A stretch of 64,000 bases of DNA from Escherichia phage ERS-1. The DNA is taken from the sequence record PP337211. The stretch is one strand, 5' to 3'. This document shows, piece after piece, positions 36,420 to 48,900 of this stretch. Below the pieces are notes generated by a model. That model worked only from the letters and a program-made list of their open reading frames with translations, had not been told where the DNA came from and made no database searches. A program made the position numbers and the translations under genes. How positions within the stretch are numbered: the stretch's first letter is position 1; every line of letters starts with the position of its first letter.

Positions 36420-36446
36420 TGGTGTTTAATCCTATGCATGATTTCT

Positions 36447-36674
36447 TTATTTTTGCCTAAGATTAAATCCGCGTTCGTTCGGATTTCCCAAATATCCGCA
36501 TGTTCTTCTTATTGTGTTCATCTTTTTAGGATCAGTTTCTCCACAAATAGAACAAACAAACCCGTTTTCAGTAGGAGTCATTTCATGGGTACTTCCACAC
36601 GTAAAACATTTATCTACTGGCATATTAACGCCAAAATAATCTAAATGTTGTGCAGCATAATCCCATAGGTTCAT
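36447..36674 (-). pseudogene. nrdD: 3' fragment (last ~75 codons) of anaerobic ribonucleotide reductase nrdD; the 5' ~85% of the gene is missing
   Basis: Translation ..CFTCGSTHEMTPTENGFVCSICGETDPKKMNTIRRTCGYLGNPNERGF.. contains the C-terminal Zn ribbon and glycyl-radical motif (RxCGYLG) of class III RNR; upstream codons (KKKKKG, from the T-run) are not NrdD-like. Confidence 0.8.
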
Positions 36675-36676
36675 GC

Positions 36677-36780
36677 CTTTTTTTTTTTTTTTAGGTGCTG
36701 TCGATTCTGTTTGTAGTCGTCTGTTTAACCTTAGCAATACTAACTGAACCAAGTACAAAACAGTCAATTGCTAAGGTTAA
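36677..36780 (+). repeat. Boundary repeat element E, copy A: T16 run, AGGTGCTGT, 23-nt segment, 14-bp inverted repeat with 28-nt loop; lacks the 3' CAGCACC arm
   Basis: Direct comparison with copies at 36,927-36,971, 57,689-57,776 and 57,996-58,128. Confidence 0.7.
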
Positions 36781-36819
36781 GTCAATTGCGTAGTGAAGTA
36801 AGAAAGTTGAAAAAATCAG

Positions 36820-36848
36820 TTTACATTGACGATGATTTTGATTACAAT
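36820..36848 (+). promoter_or_regulatory. Sigma70-type promoter candidate (TTTACA, 17 bp, TACAAT) pointing into high-GC block 1
   Basis: Read directly: -35 at 36820-36825, -10 at 36843-36848, 17-nt spacer; AT-rich context between repeat copies A and B. Confidence 0.4.
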
Positions 36849-36926
36849 ACTTCTCAACCAGTTTAAGTTTAAATTAATCTTTTGAGGTTTGTCGGAACAA
36901 TTTATATTAAACTGGTTCTTTTTAAA

Positions 36927-36971
36927 CAGGTGCTGTCGATTCCGTTTGTAGTCGTCTGTTTAACCTTAGCA
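36927..36971 (+). repeat. Repeat element E, copy B (5' half only): CAGGTGCTGT + CGATTCCGTTTGTAGTCGTCTG + TTTAACCTTAGCA; left terminus of high-GC block 1
   Basis: Differs by 1 nt from copy A over 32 nt; near-identical inverted copy at 57,689-57,720. Confidence 0.7.
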
Positions 36972-39900
36972 TATGTCTAATGTCGAAGCCACACACCACC
37001 GCCAGAGTTAAAGGATCGACTCCCATGGAACACCAGCACCTTCGGCATCAAGCTGAGCAAGATCTTCCCGTGGCTGGTTCAGGAAGGAGCTGCCGGGATC
37101 AATCGACTTCCCGTGGCGGACCTCCTCAACGCGCCCGGAAGGTGAACAGGCCTGCGCATGACCTTCGCCCAGCTCCGTCCAGGATGACCTGGCGGTGAAC
37201 GGTCGCCTTGGCGGGACGTTCAACCTGCTTCGCCGCCGGAAGGATGACGAAAGCGACGGGACCGCGGGCGCCGCCGCACGGGCGACTGTCCGTGAATGCC
37301 CGAACCTCCCTGGCCGGCTCGGCATGAGTTCGCCCTTCACGTGGTGGGGCCTTCCACCTCCCGGAGGAAGGCCGGGCGTCTGGGCGTCCGGACGATGTCA
37401 CCTGCCTGGAGCTGCGGCGGCGGCTCGTCACGCCTGCTCGGCGAAGGACCTGATTGGTGGGGCCTGGCTGTCTGGGTTGAAGCCCGGGACAGGTACTGTA
37501 CGAACACCGAGCATCCGAGGACCCTCCGGTGATGGTGGACATGGCGGGGATCAAGCGCAAGGACGCCAAAGGAAACTACCTGGGCCGTCCTACGGGATGG
37601 GCGGGGCGAAGATGTGCCTGGGCTCGGGCTCCCGACGATGATGGCCGTGCGCGGCCCCCGCTTCCGCTGTTCGACGCGGCACCTGCCCGGAGGGTCGGCG
37701 CCTGGTCGCGGAAGGGGCGCGGAGGTTCGAGGCCGCGGGGCCGGAGGGTCAGGCCCTCCTGGACACCCTCCACCCGGGTGCCCGTTCGCATCGGAGAAGC
37801 TGGCGAAGGCTTGCGAAGCCCGGGCGAAGGCCGTGGGCGGCGTCACATGACCTGAGCGGTCGCCGCTGCCGCTTCCCGAAGGAGGGGACGGGAACTACGA
37901 CTGGGACCCGGCGACCAACCGGCTGATCGGGCTCCTCCCGCGGACCGGGTCAAGATGGCGATGGTGGCCTGCGCGGAAGCCGGACTGGGGCGTCCCGGGG
38001 CCGGCGATGAGATCGCCTTCGGCTAGGCGAGGCGGAGGAGGCCGCGGAAGCTGCCTGGTTGCGGACGTGTACGCCGCCCCAACTCCCGTCAAGGTGGACG
38101 TGGAGATTGGGCAGGCTGGGGTCATCGCTTGGGCTGGACGGGAGCCGCCTTTGCGGTTCCGCTACGGGTGACGTGGGTGTCGGCTCACTCGTTTGCGGAT
38201 CGCTGCGGGTGTACCCGCTCGACCCCGCAGGAAGTCCGGGCGAACCCCTGGAGAACGATATGCGCCGTGGCAACGACAGCGTCCGTGGACCTCGAAGTGT
38301 TGGCGAGCGTGAGAAAGGGGGCCCTGGTCGACGGCGGCGGTGAGGAGGAAGTCTGGATGCCGGGTTGGTGTCCGCGCGGTCGAGAAGAAGGGCCTGCGGC
38401 CACCTGGACCGTCACCGAATGGATCGCCGGGTCAGAAGGGGCTGATATGAATGATCGCTGTGCGCTGGGAAGTTCTGGGCGGCGATGATCTGGGAGGCGG
38501 TCCTGGTCTGGCTCCTGGTAGGCGGTTGCCGGTGGACGCCTTCGAGTCCTTGACCTGGCCTCCTGCTGGGCGGCACTTCCTCGGAACGTTGCCCGGTTTC
38601 CGCTGAAGGAGGAGGTGAAATGAGCGAACGTCAAGACCGCCTGGGACCGCCGCGATGTTGGGCTGGCCGGTCGTCGCGGGCTGGAAGGGGTGATCAAGGT
38701 CGGAGCCGTCCTGGTCGGCCGGGCGGTGGCGCGGCTTCGACCGGGTTCAACGGCTTCCCGCCCGGTGCGATGACTCGCCGGAGCTGTACGCTGACCGCGG
38801 TGTACCTGCCGTCGGTGGCGGAGGCGTTGGCTCTTTAGGCTCGCCTGCGACGGCTTCGCTCTACATTCTTTCCCTGCTGTCCGAACTGTATGGAGGCCGC
38901 GGGGAAGGCGGGCGTGAAGCGGGTCGCCTTCCCGGTCGACTACGGGCTGCGATCCGGGGTGGGTTGCTGAGTGGAATTCGACGGTTGATGAGGCTTTGGA
39001 AGTCGCCCGCCGTTAGGGGTTGAAGCGAGGTGGGTAGATGTCTGAAGCCGGGCGCGGGACTCCCTCCGCCCCGTCATCCGGTCGCTGGACCCGGTGCGCG
39101 TGGAGAACCCCTTTCGCGCCCGGGACCCCGGATGTGAACTATGCCGGGCTGGATTGAATTGAAGTTCGCTGAACGCTGGCCGCCCTGGGCGGACCGCTTC
39201 CGAGTGGACCGACTCCACCTGCCCAGCACCTGGCTCACCCGTCGCCGGGTGCCGGGGCCGGGCCTTCCTCCTGCTGAAGGTCGGGAGACGGAGTGGTTGC
39301 TGATTCGATGGAGCGGTGGCCGCTGCGACGCCGGGCCGGGTTCCGCGAGAACGCCTGTATGAGGTCTGCGCTGCCGTTGGATGCCTTCCAGAAATGAGGA
39401 GATTTGTAAATGTCGCCGCGGTGAGGCGGGCGGAAGGTGAAAGCCCACCGCTACACCGCCGCTGGCAGGGTTGAACCAAATTGAGGCCGCGAAGGAGTAC
39501 GGGGTCCTTGCACCGCTACCGTGATGGGAAGCGGACCGCCGCCTGGACGATGAACCGTGCCTGTCCCGGCGAGGTCCGAGCCCGAGGTCTGCTTGCTGTT
39601 CCGCCGCCGCTCGGGCAAGACCTGCGCGAAATCGCCGCCGCTCTGGGCTGACTCGCCTCGGGTTGTCCAGATGGCAGGACGGAAAGCGCCGGTTGAGCGC
39701 CTTCGTGAATATTGGGGCTTTTGAGGGGGATCGGAAATGGCGGAACTGCCGAAGTGGAGACGAGGATGGTTGACTTCCTGAAGAAGCGGTGCCGGAGGGG
39801 CCGTGGGTCCTGACGGCCATCGTCCGGACGGGAAAACGGAGACGGTACCGTCTTGTTGCCCACTGCTTAAGGCCGCGGAGTGGATCGAGGGCATCAGGGC

Positions 39901-42900
39901 AAGCGGGCCCCGGATACTTCCTCGCCAACCCGGCTCCGCCGGGCGATGGACGTGAAAGCCTCGAAGGAGGGATGGCCCGCCTCGCCTGGCTTCGCGTCCA
40001 CCCCGCGAGCCGGGAGGACTTCGAGGAGGAGCGGGCGCGGGCGCTCAGCTGCTCCGGTCTGACCGCCGGAGCCGGCGGTCATCGTTGACTCGGGCGGGGG
40101 CTATCCGGGCTTTTGGCGTCGAACCCGTCCGAGGCCTGGAGATTGCTGGATCGGCGGCGAAGGCTGGAGCTGGAAGCGTAGGTGTTCGGCTGGAGAAGGT
40201 GTTTCAGGCGGACCAGTTGCCGGCCACGTGGACCGCATCATGCGCCTCCCGGGCGATCAACATGCCCCGCGAAGAAGGTGGAGAAGGGTCGCCTGCCGAC
40301 CCTCGCCCGTCTGCGTGGAGTGGAATGAGGCCGCTACCCCATCGAGGTTTACCCCCGCGGTTCGAGTCCAGATGGCGGAGCAGGGCCTGGCCGGGGGCCG
40401 TCCGAAGGTGAGATTGGGGCACGTCCGGAGGTTCGGGGACGGAGGAGCTGCGGAGCGGGCCCTTTAGGCGCAAGGCCATCCGTTACCCGCGCTGGCGCTG
40501 ATCGCTACTGGGCAGGGACCCGCCGGACCGACCAAGTACCCCTCCCGGTCGGAAGCCCTGTTCGGGTGCTCGCTGCGACCTCGTGCGGGCGGAGGTCCCT
40601 GATGAACGACTTCGCGGGTGATCGCCGGCTTCGGCGAAATCGCCGCGCAGCCTGTCCGGTAGGGCCCAACTGGGAAGGCTACGCCTGCGGGGGTTCGAAC
40701 GTGCCCTTGAGGAGGCGGTGCACCCTCGGCCTGGGCGGACCAGAAAGCTCGCCGTCGGTGGAGGTTGGCGGAAGTGCCGGGCGGTGAGGTCTGGGACCCG
40801 GCGATGAAGCGGTACGGGTCTGGGGGTCCTTCGAGGACTTCCGGCACGCTACCGCCGGAGGTAGTGGTTGGTCGGAGGAGGGGGTAGCCGTTGAGAAGGC
40901 CGCGGGAGCCTTCTGGATCGATCACCCGTGCTGCCCGGCACGAGACGGTTGGTTCGCCCCCGGCCTGAGGTCGAAGAAGCCTATGCCTCTGGCGCGGGTT
41001 CGCGCGCGATCCTCCCGGCGAGAGCTGCGCCCTCCCGGCACCTTCGTGAGGGCGCCGCCGGGGAACCCGGCTACCACGGTCACCTGGTCGGGTGGATGGC
41101 GCGGATGGTCCCGTTGCACGGCCCGGCGAGTGGCCGTGGTCCTCCGCGGTCGCCGCGGGCCGGGTTCTCTTCCTTCGCCGGTAGTCCTGGCGCGATGTTC
41201 GGGGGCGTCACGACTTCCGGCTTGCGACGAGCTGGTGGGCTCCTCAAACGCTTACCTTTGCATACCGTCCTGCTGTTCGGTGATGAGGCTTTCTTCGCCG
41301 GGAGGAGGCGAAAGCGTGCCGAGACCTCGCGACCGAAGAACGCCTGGTGATCGAGGGTAAGGGCGTGGACGCGGAAGCGGCCCCAACCATGTCCCTGGTC
41401 CTCGCCTCGAACGAAGATTGGGCGGTGCCCGCGGGTCTGGATGAACGCCGGTCTTCGTTGGTGGAGGTGGCGAGGGCCCGGTGACCCCGCCTGATTTCAG
41501 CGGTTGGGTGATGATCTGGAGGGCGCAGGACGCAGCCCGCCCCAGCCTTTCTCCCACCTATGACCTGAGCGCCTTCGAGGTTCGCCAGTTAACCGGGCGC
41601 TGCAGGACCAGAAGATCATGAGCATGTCGCCGGAAACCTGTGGATGTATGAGAAGCTGTGGGAGGGCCGGTCGCTCAAAGACCGACCAGGACTGGCGAAG
41701 CAAGGTGGTGAAGGACAGCTGCTGCCGCATGACGACGACGCAACGACCTCCGCGACCAGGGCCGGAACTTCCGCATGAGCCGCACCCGGCTTCGGCGGCT
41801 GGCTGCCCGGGCCTTCCCGGACGGCTGGCCGCGAAGTGAAATGGCGGAGATCGCTTGGACGGGTCAAGGTTGGCTTCGAGGTGATGATCGAAGAAGCGCG
41901 TGGCCACCACCCGCCGCCGGAGGTGTCCGGCGCCTGGGAGAACTTTGGCGGCCCGTTCGAGTGGCCCGGGGTCCAACCTACCAGGAGCCTCTGAGGACGG
42001 CCCGAAGTCGGAGGCCGTCCCTTCCCAGGATGCCCCCATGAGTGAGCACGCTGTAAGCGACGAAGCGGGAGCTGGAGGGGGCGGGGATCGCCTACACGGT
42101 GGAGCTGGCCGGAGAGGTCAGGAGGCCGCTTCGCCGTGAGGGGGAAAGCCCCGATGGTGACGTGCTCGCGGACTTCCTCCACGTCGCGTGGCCCTCGGTC
42201 GCTCGCCTTCGCGTCTGGTGGAAGACCGCCGCGCGCTGGAATTGACCTGAACCGCTTTACTTCTTCGGACTCTATCACTTCTTTGCCAGTTTGAGAAATG
42301 AACTGGTCCGGCCAGGTCGCGATTCGAGATTGGAAAGGAGCTGACCCTTAAATTAGGAAGAAGCCTTCCGCTGGTGCGGCTTCCCGATCCCGCGCGGTGG
42401 GGGTCCTGGTAAGTTGGGCGAGGACTCGCTGCGCGAAGCCCGTTGCGATTCGAGTTTGAAGTCGGTTCGCCTTCGGGCTATGCGTGGACGCTGACGAGGT
42501 TGTGTGACCGCCCGCTGGGCTGCTCCGCTCGCCTTCGCCGTCCTGCTGCTCTGGGGCCTGGCGGGGGTCTTTGCGGACTATCCTGGACCGCCCGGAGGTT
42601 TGTATCAGCTACCTGACCCGGGAGTGTGTGCGCGTGGTGAACGCGGACGGCTCCCCCGGGATCGTGTGGAGCCCTCCCGGACCGCTATGAGCGAGTGTGG
42701 GTGGAGAAGATTCTGTTTCAACCCTGAGAAAGGAGTTGCGCTACGTCTTTTTGGGTAGGGTGCCGCTTCACTCAGCGGTTGTTGCCTTTGGGGTGGCTGA
42801 GGAGAACCCCGGGGCCGTCGGTTTTCGGGACCGGCCTCAAGACGCCATCGCCTCCTCCTCCGCGAGGGCTGCGCATCCCTTCACGCTGGGAGTGCAAGCT

Positions 42901-45900
42901 GGAGTTCGGCATCAAGCGGATCGCGTCCGGGTCGATGACTTCAACGTGGTCACGATGAACAACCGCCGTCTGGGCTTCACCACGGAGGTCGGCAAGACCT
43001 GGAAGTGTGGCCTTCCGCGAGCTGTATGGCGATGGACGAACGGGGCGAAGTGTTCGAGGCCTGTGAGGTCCCGGAGGTCGCCGCGGACGAAACCGTGATT
43101 GTGGTCCGGGGCGAAAGTTCCTGGATGTCTGGGCTCCCGCTCCACCCTTCCCGTCCTCCTGAACCGCTGGAGTGCGCGAGGCTGTCCGTGCCCTTCCCGG
43201 CCGTCTCGGGTTTCGCGCACGACCGGGGCGCGAGCTACCGGCTGGAGGACCCTTGGGCCGAGGTGTCCGGAAGAAGGTGGACCTGACGGAGGATCGGACC
43301 TTCGGAAGTGGTCCTGGACATGCGCCGCCGTCCGCCGCGGGCTCTGCGAATCCGGCAGGCTCCTCTGATCAAGAAGGCCGCCACCGCGCCCAAGGTGACC
43401 TTCAGCGTGCGCTGGAGTTCGAGGGCGTGGAGCCGTCCTAGCCCTTCCTGGCGACCGTCTCCGAACTCGCCTGCTTCGACTCCTCGCCGCCGCTCCGCGC
43501 CGAAGGCTTCGCGCCTGGACGCATGGATGGCTCCCGCCAAGGAGGCGACCCCGACGCGCCTGAGCGAGCTGGAACGGACCCGGCTGGAGAAGGCCGCGGG
43601 CTTCTGCGAGCGGCTGGGCTTCGCCGTCCAGGAGTACCCGATCCGTTGCTGTGAGTTCCTGGGCGAGGAAGTCCTGGGCCGGCGGCGAGAGGGGGATCAG
43701 GTCCGGGAGCCTGGTCCTTGATGATGGGTACACGCTGGCCGGCACGCTGATCGAGGAGTTTCGCCTTCGCCCCTCCGCTGGACCATGAAACCTGCCGCGG
43801 GTTCCTGATGGACACGTTCGTGTCCTTGGGCGGAACAGACGTTGCAGAACCGCTATGAGCTGGAACACGCCCTTCCGTCTCACCGGAGATGCCTGACCGC
43901 CGCCCGGGCCGTCCGCATCCACGGCCACGCCCAGAAGGCGGAGCTGGAACGCGAGTTTCAGGAGCGACTGAACGAACTCGGCGGACGCCCAGGAGCAGAC
44001 CAGCCGGGCCTGGCCGGTGCTCTGAACGCCGCGGACCTCCCGATGGAGGAGCTGGGCGAGTGGGAGCTGGACGCGAGCTATTGGATGACCCCGGCTGCGC
44101 CTTCCTGAGCAAGCGCGAGGCGGAGGACGCCCGCCCCTCCTTGGGCGACCTCCTCCGTCGTTGCACGGCCTCGGCTAGGCACCTCCGAGGAGCCCGACTA
44201 TGACAAGGAGCCCGATCAGAAACCGCTGCCGATCTTCGCCCTCGCCCTGCTGCCCCTCGCCCGCTCGCGGTCCGGAGGACCGCCCCCGCAGAACGCCGGG
44301 AGACGGTCCGGCGTGCGGGTTGGCGGCTCCTCGCCTCGCCTCGCCCCTCCGTCCCGGGTCCTCCCGGCGGAGGTCGGGGCGAAGCCGGACCCGGCCCGCT
44401 TCGAGCGGCTGGAGTGCTGCCGCGACCCGCCCGACCCCTGGGTGCCGTATCGTTTGCGAACCTCGGAGAAGGGGTCAGAAGATGGAAAACCGGAAGAATT
44501 ACCCGCCTGGGCTGACGAAACCTTCGGCAGTGAAGCACCCGGTGGAAGTCGCCGCCGCGGATGAACGTGGAGGTGGCGGAGCTGGTCGCTGGCCTTGCCA
44601 CCGTCGCCGCCGTCCCGGTCGGAGGATGGACCCGGAGCTGGTCCGGGAACTCCGGAAGGAGTGCGCGGACGTGTTCGGTTGCTCGCCCGTCGCGGAGAAG
44701 CTGGACGTGGACCTTTGGGTCTGTGGTGAACTTAGGGATGGGGGTGCACCGCTGCTGGGCTGGACCCGGAGCCCGTCCGGAAGATGTGCGTGGAAACCTT
44801 CCTGGACCCCGGAAGCGGGCTGAAATGGAGCTGGAAGGTTGACCTTCCCCTGCGACTCGGGGCTCTTTGCTGGGCTTCCACTCCGCCGACGTAGCCCTGA
44901 ACTGGGTCGGTCCGCGGCAGGGGATCGCCGCCGAGCGGAGGACGCCGTGGTGCCGACCTTCCGGCCGGGGCTTCTTCGAGGGCCTGACGGGCGTGAAGGT
45001 TGTACCTGGGCCGCGAGCTGCGCGCCTTCTGGAAAGCCGGACCCTGTGCGAAGGAGAACCTGGGACGTCACGATGGCGGGTGTCCAGGCCCGCCTCGGGC
45101 GCAACCCGGAGGACCCCCGCAAGTACCAGGTGACGGTCCTGGTGTATAGCCAGTTTGCCCCGGCCTGAGCCTCCACGGACATTGACCTGGCCAGTGCGCG
45201 AGCCAGCACCCCTTCCAGCCGATCGGGACGGCGGAGCCGCTTGCGCGGAGTACCTGGGGAGAAGTACGGCGACAACGACCCCGCGGCGGCCTCCCGGGAT
45301 GCGGTCCGCGCCTTCGGGAGGAGTGCCGCTTGATGGCGGAACTCGCCCGCGACGTACCCGGAGAAGCTGAAGCGCCTCGAAGCCGACGTGGCCAAGCTGT
45401 CCGGTCAGAACCCGGCCCGCCGCGCCGCCTGCGCCACCCGTGGATCCCCGCGGAGAAGCTGCTGCCCGCGGGAAGTCGCGTGGCTGAATCAGCGCCTCGG
45501 GAACTCGGAGGGCCTGCTGTGACGGACCTGGACGAAGCGGCCCTGGCCGTTCTGTTCGAGGAGTAACCGGTACGCTTTCCGGTCGCGGACTGGGAGGAGT
45601 TCCTGGTCATTGCCCGGGCGTCCTCGCCTCGGAGCGGGTCCGCTGCCGGTCGGCGCTGGGAGTATTTTGTGGAGGACTACCTGGAAGCCGATCTGCGCCG
45701 CCTTCTCCTCGCCGGCGGTTGTCGTTTGCATCGCCCGCCTGGCGATCCCGGGACCGCGACCGCTCCGCTGAAGGAACTCCCGTGGTGGAGACGCCGGGCG
45801 CTGCTCGCCCTCCTCCCGAAGCCGGATGACGAGGGTCCTGATCCGGGGCGGGAGAGGTTGATGATCGAGAGAATGGCACCCGGGCGGCGGTTTTTCGGCA

Positions 45901-48900
45901 ACCTACGCCCTGAAGAGGGCGAGGAGGCTGCGCGGGTGCTTGGGCCGCGGCCTTCGAGGCGATTGCCCTGATCCCCTCCGCGAAGCCGGAGGAGGTCCTG
46001 GGTTACCTGGACCTGCGCGTATGGGCGTCCCACCGCGGATGAAGTTCTGACGGTACCCGGTCGCCCGCCGGGTGGAGTTCCGCCGGGCTCGCCTCGCGCG
46101 TGCCCTTCGCGGAGATTCAACGCCAAACCGCCCGCGGGGCCTTCGAGGACTGACCATGATACGCTTTGACAAGTCGAAGCCTACGTGGGCGACTTCCTGA
46201 GCGAACTCCGCGGGACGGGGCCTGGGCGGAACATCGTGAAGGACTCGCCCGCCCAGCTCGGCCCTACCCGGAGCGGGCGCTGTGGACCGGGAGGCGGCTC
46301 GCCTTCCTGGGCGAGCCCGGGACTACCGCCTGGAGCTGCGCCGGATCGAAGGCGGGCACTGGGAGGCGATCCGCGAGGAGCGCGACCCGGACCGCTTCAA
46401 CCTGCTGATGAGTCGACCTCGCGTAAGGAGGGCGACGCCATGAAACCAAGACTGAAGCGTAGCGCCCCAAACGGGATGCAGGAGCCGGAAGGCGCAGCGG
46501 GTGCCGCCGGTGAACCTTGACGCGGCGATCGCGGGGCCTCCGCCTTCTCGCCTTCGCCCTGTTCCGTCCGGGCTGTCGTGGAGGCTATCGTGGACCTGCG
46601 CGTAGACGGCCCGGTGTCCGACGGCGACGGCTCCGCGGCGACCTCCTGGGAGGAGCTGGAGCGGTCCTGGGGAGGAGACGGTGGAAGGTATGAGGGCCGG
46701 AACTTGAAGGAGAACCGGGCTGGGAGCTGTGCTGGCATCGTCCCGGAGGTTCCCTTTGTTGGAAGAGGTGACGGGCTACGCCCGCGCCTGCCCTGGAGGC
46801 CAGAATTCCGTTTCGGGATGCGGGGTACCGAAGGAGTGAGAGATGGATCGGAGCGAGTTCTGAGCTGGCTGCGGAGCCTGTTCGGCGGACGCCCGCCGCC
46901 CCGCCGCCGGAGTCGGACTGATCGCCTGGCCCGGATGATGGCCCCGGGCTTCGAACCTTGGCTGCCCCTACCCGGAGAACTTCCCCTTGGAACTTATCGA
47001 ACTGTGGGGGCGTGGTGAAAAATGATTCGACCGGTGACCTTCTCTGGGCGACCGCCTGGGGTTCGGAGTCGCCCGCCTGGTGCACCCGCCCTCCGGCGGA
47101 GGCACTGCCTTGTGGCTAAGGTCGAAAACCACCGCCAGTCCTTCCGGATGTCGCGGAATGGCCGTGGCCAGTCCAGTTTGCCCCTGGGCGCGCCTGGTCG
47201 CCCCGCGTCGCCGCCTGGCCCCGCGGCATCGTCCTGATCCAGGAGCGGACGCGACCCCTGCCCCGGCGGCGAACTGCCGAAGGCAGCTGCCCGACTTCTT
47301 CACCGACCTGAAGCCGGAGAACTTCGGCCTGATCGACGGTGGTGGCGGTGCGGCATACGCCCTCCGCCTCGCCTCCTCGAACCTGGTTGGGGAAGGCGAA
47401 GATGAAGAAGGTGAAGAAGGACGAATGGCGACTGCCTGACAAGATCCATGCCCGATGGGAACGGAGCTGGGGCGGAAGTGTTGAGGCGACGGCACGCCGC
47501 TGCTGAGTTCGGTGATCCGGGCAGGCGCGGCCGACTTCGCGGACGCGATGCGCCTGGAAGTGGAGAAGAAGCGGGCGGAGGGCCGGCGGTTGGACGATCT
47601 TACCCGGTGCCGGCTGGATTCCCTCGCGGTGATGCTGCTGGATCGCCTGGAGAAGGGCGACCCCGTGGACGGTGCCTTCGCCGGCGCCGCAGACCTACCG
47701 CGGCGACGGAGCGGACGGGTGGGCCCTCCGTCCTCGGGGCGACCTTCCGCGAATGGCTGGATCTCCGCCTGGAGGCCCGGGACATCGTTGCCTCAACCTC
47801 CAAGCCGCTTGGAAGGCCGCGGCCCGGATCGCGGAGCTGGAGGGGATCGCCGGACGCCTCGAAGGCGAGCGCAACGAGGCCCGCCGGTCGCTGGAGGAGG
47901 AGCGGGAGGTGTTCGGGCAGGAGCTGGAGGCGGAGCGGACGCCCGCCGCCGGTCGGAGCTGAACCTGGCCCGTGCCGGAGGGGTTCACCGCGTGACGGAA
48001 GGCGAACCGCCGCTGCCGGGAGTGCGGGCGAGGTCGGCGCAGCGGGTCGGAGGTCGGCCGGGCGGTACCGGATCGCCGCGGACCGCGCCTTGACCTGGGC
48101 GAACCCCGCGACCCCTATCAATTCCGCCGATGGCCCGCCGGAAACCCCGCCGCGGGGAGTACGTCTGCCGCGGGGCCTATCCGGTTCCCGCACCGCTTCG
48201 CAGGCGGTCGCTGCTCGGGCTACTTCATCGCCGTGGAGCAGCGGAGTTGGCACTAGGGGACCGGCGACTGCCGCCTACTGTAACTGCCTCAACCGGACGG
48301 AGGCCGTGCCCACTGCGAAGTGGTGGAGGGCGGCGAGTCGGTCCAGGAATGCCCCGTGTGGCAAGAGTTTGTACGATTCAATGAGATCAAACTGAAGAAG
48401 GAGAAGTGAGATGAGTGATGACAACACGATGGACAGGCGTGATGATCGACCTGGAGACGATGGCGACCGGCCCCAGCGCCGGGGTCGTTTGTCGGGGCCA
48501 TCCGTCGTTCAACTGCCGAACCGGATTGGTGAAGCCGGACCTGTTCGAGGTGGACGTGGACCTTCACGCCGACGCTGGGCGGCGAGGTCGATGCTTCCGG
48601 CGGTCGGTCTGGCGGGACCAGGTGGACCCTGCCCAGCGCTGGCCGAAGGCGATGCGCTCCGCGCTGACCGACCTCGCCCTCCTGGTCGGGGTACCCGGAC
48701 CGAAGCGGGTCTGGGCCGGGGCTGTCCTTTGACGTTGCCATCTAGGGTTACTATCGCCGGCGGGCGTCCCGATCCCCTGGCATACTCCGCGCTGATGCTG
48801 ACACCCGAACCGTGTATGACCTGGCGAAGGAGCGGGGCTGGTCGAAGCCGGAGGGGGAACGGGGCCGTTCTGCCGCCTGGAGGACTGCCGCTGCCGTACC

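Noticed and set aside
36675-36975. Group I intron of nrdD (T4 nrdD is intron-containing)
   Set aside because: The sequence adjoining the nrdD fragment recurs at other boundaries in the window and is followed by 20 kb of high-GC DNA rather than by nrdD exon 1; no intron core elements recognised.
43438-44601. Long minus-strand ORFs in block 1 (e.g. 387 aa at 43,438-44,601 and 426 aa at 55,315-56,595) as genes
   Set aside because: Translations are R/P/G/S/A-rich low-complexity strings typical of off-frame or antisense reading of high-GC DNA, where stop codons are rare; the protein-like signal is on the opposite strand.
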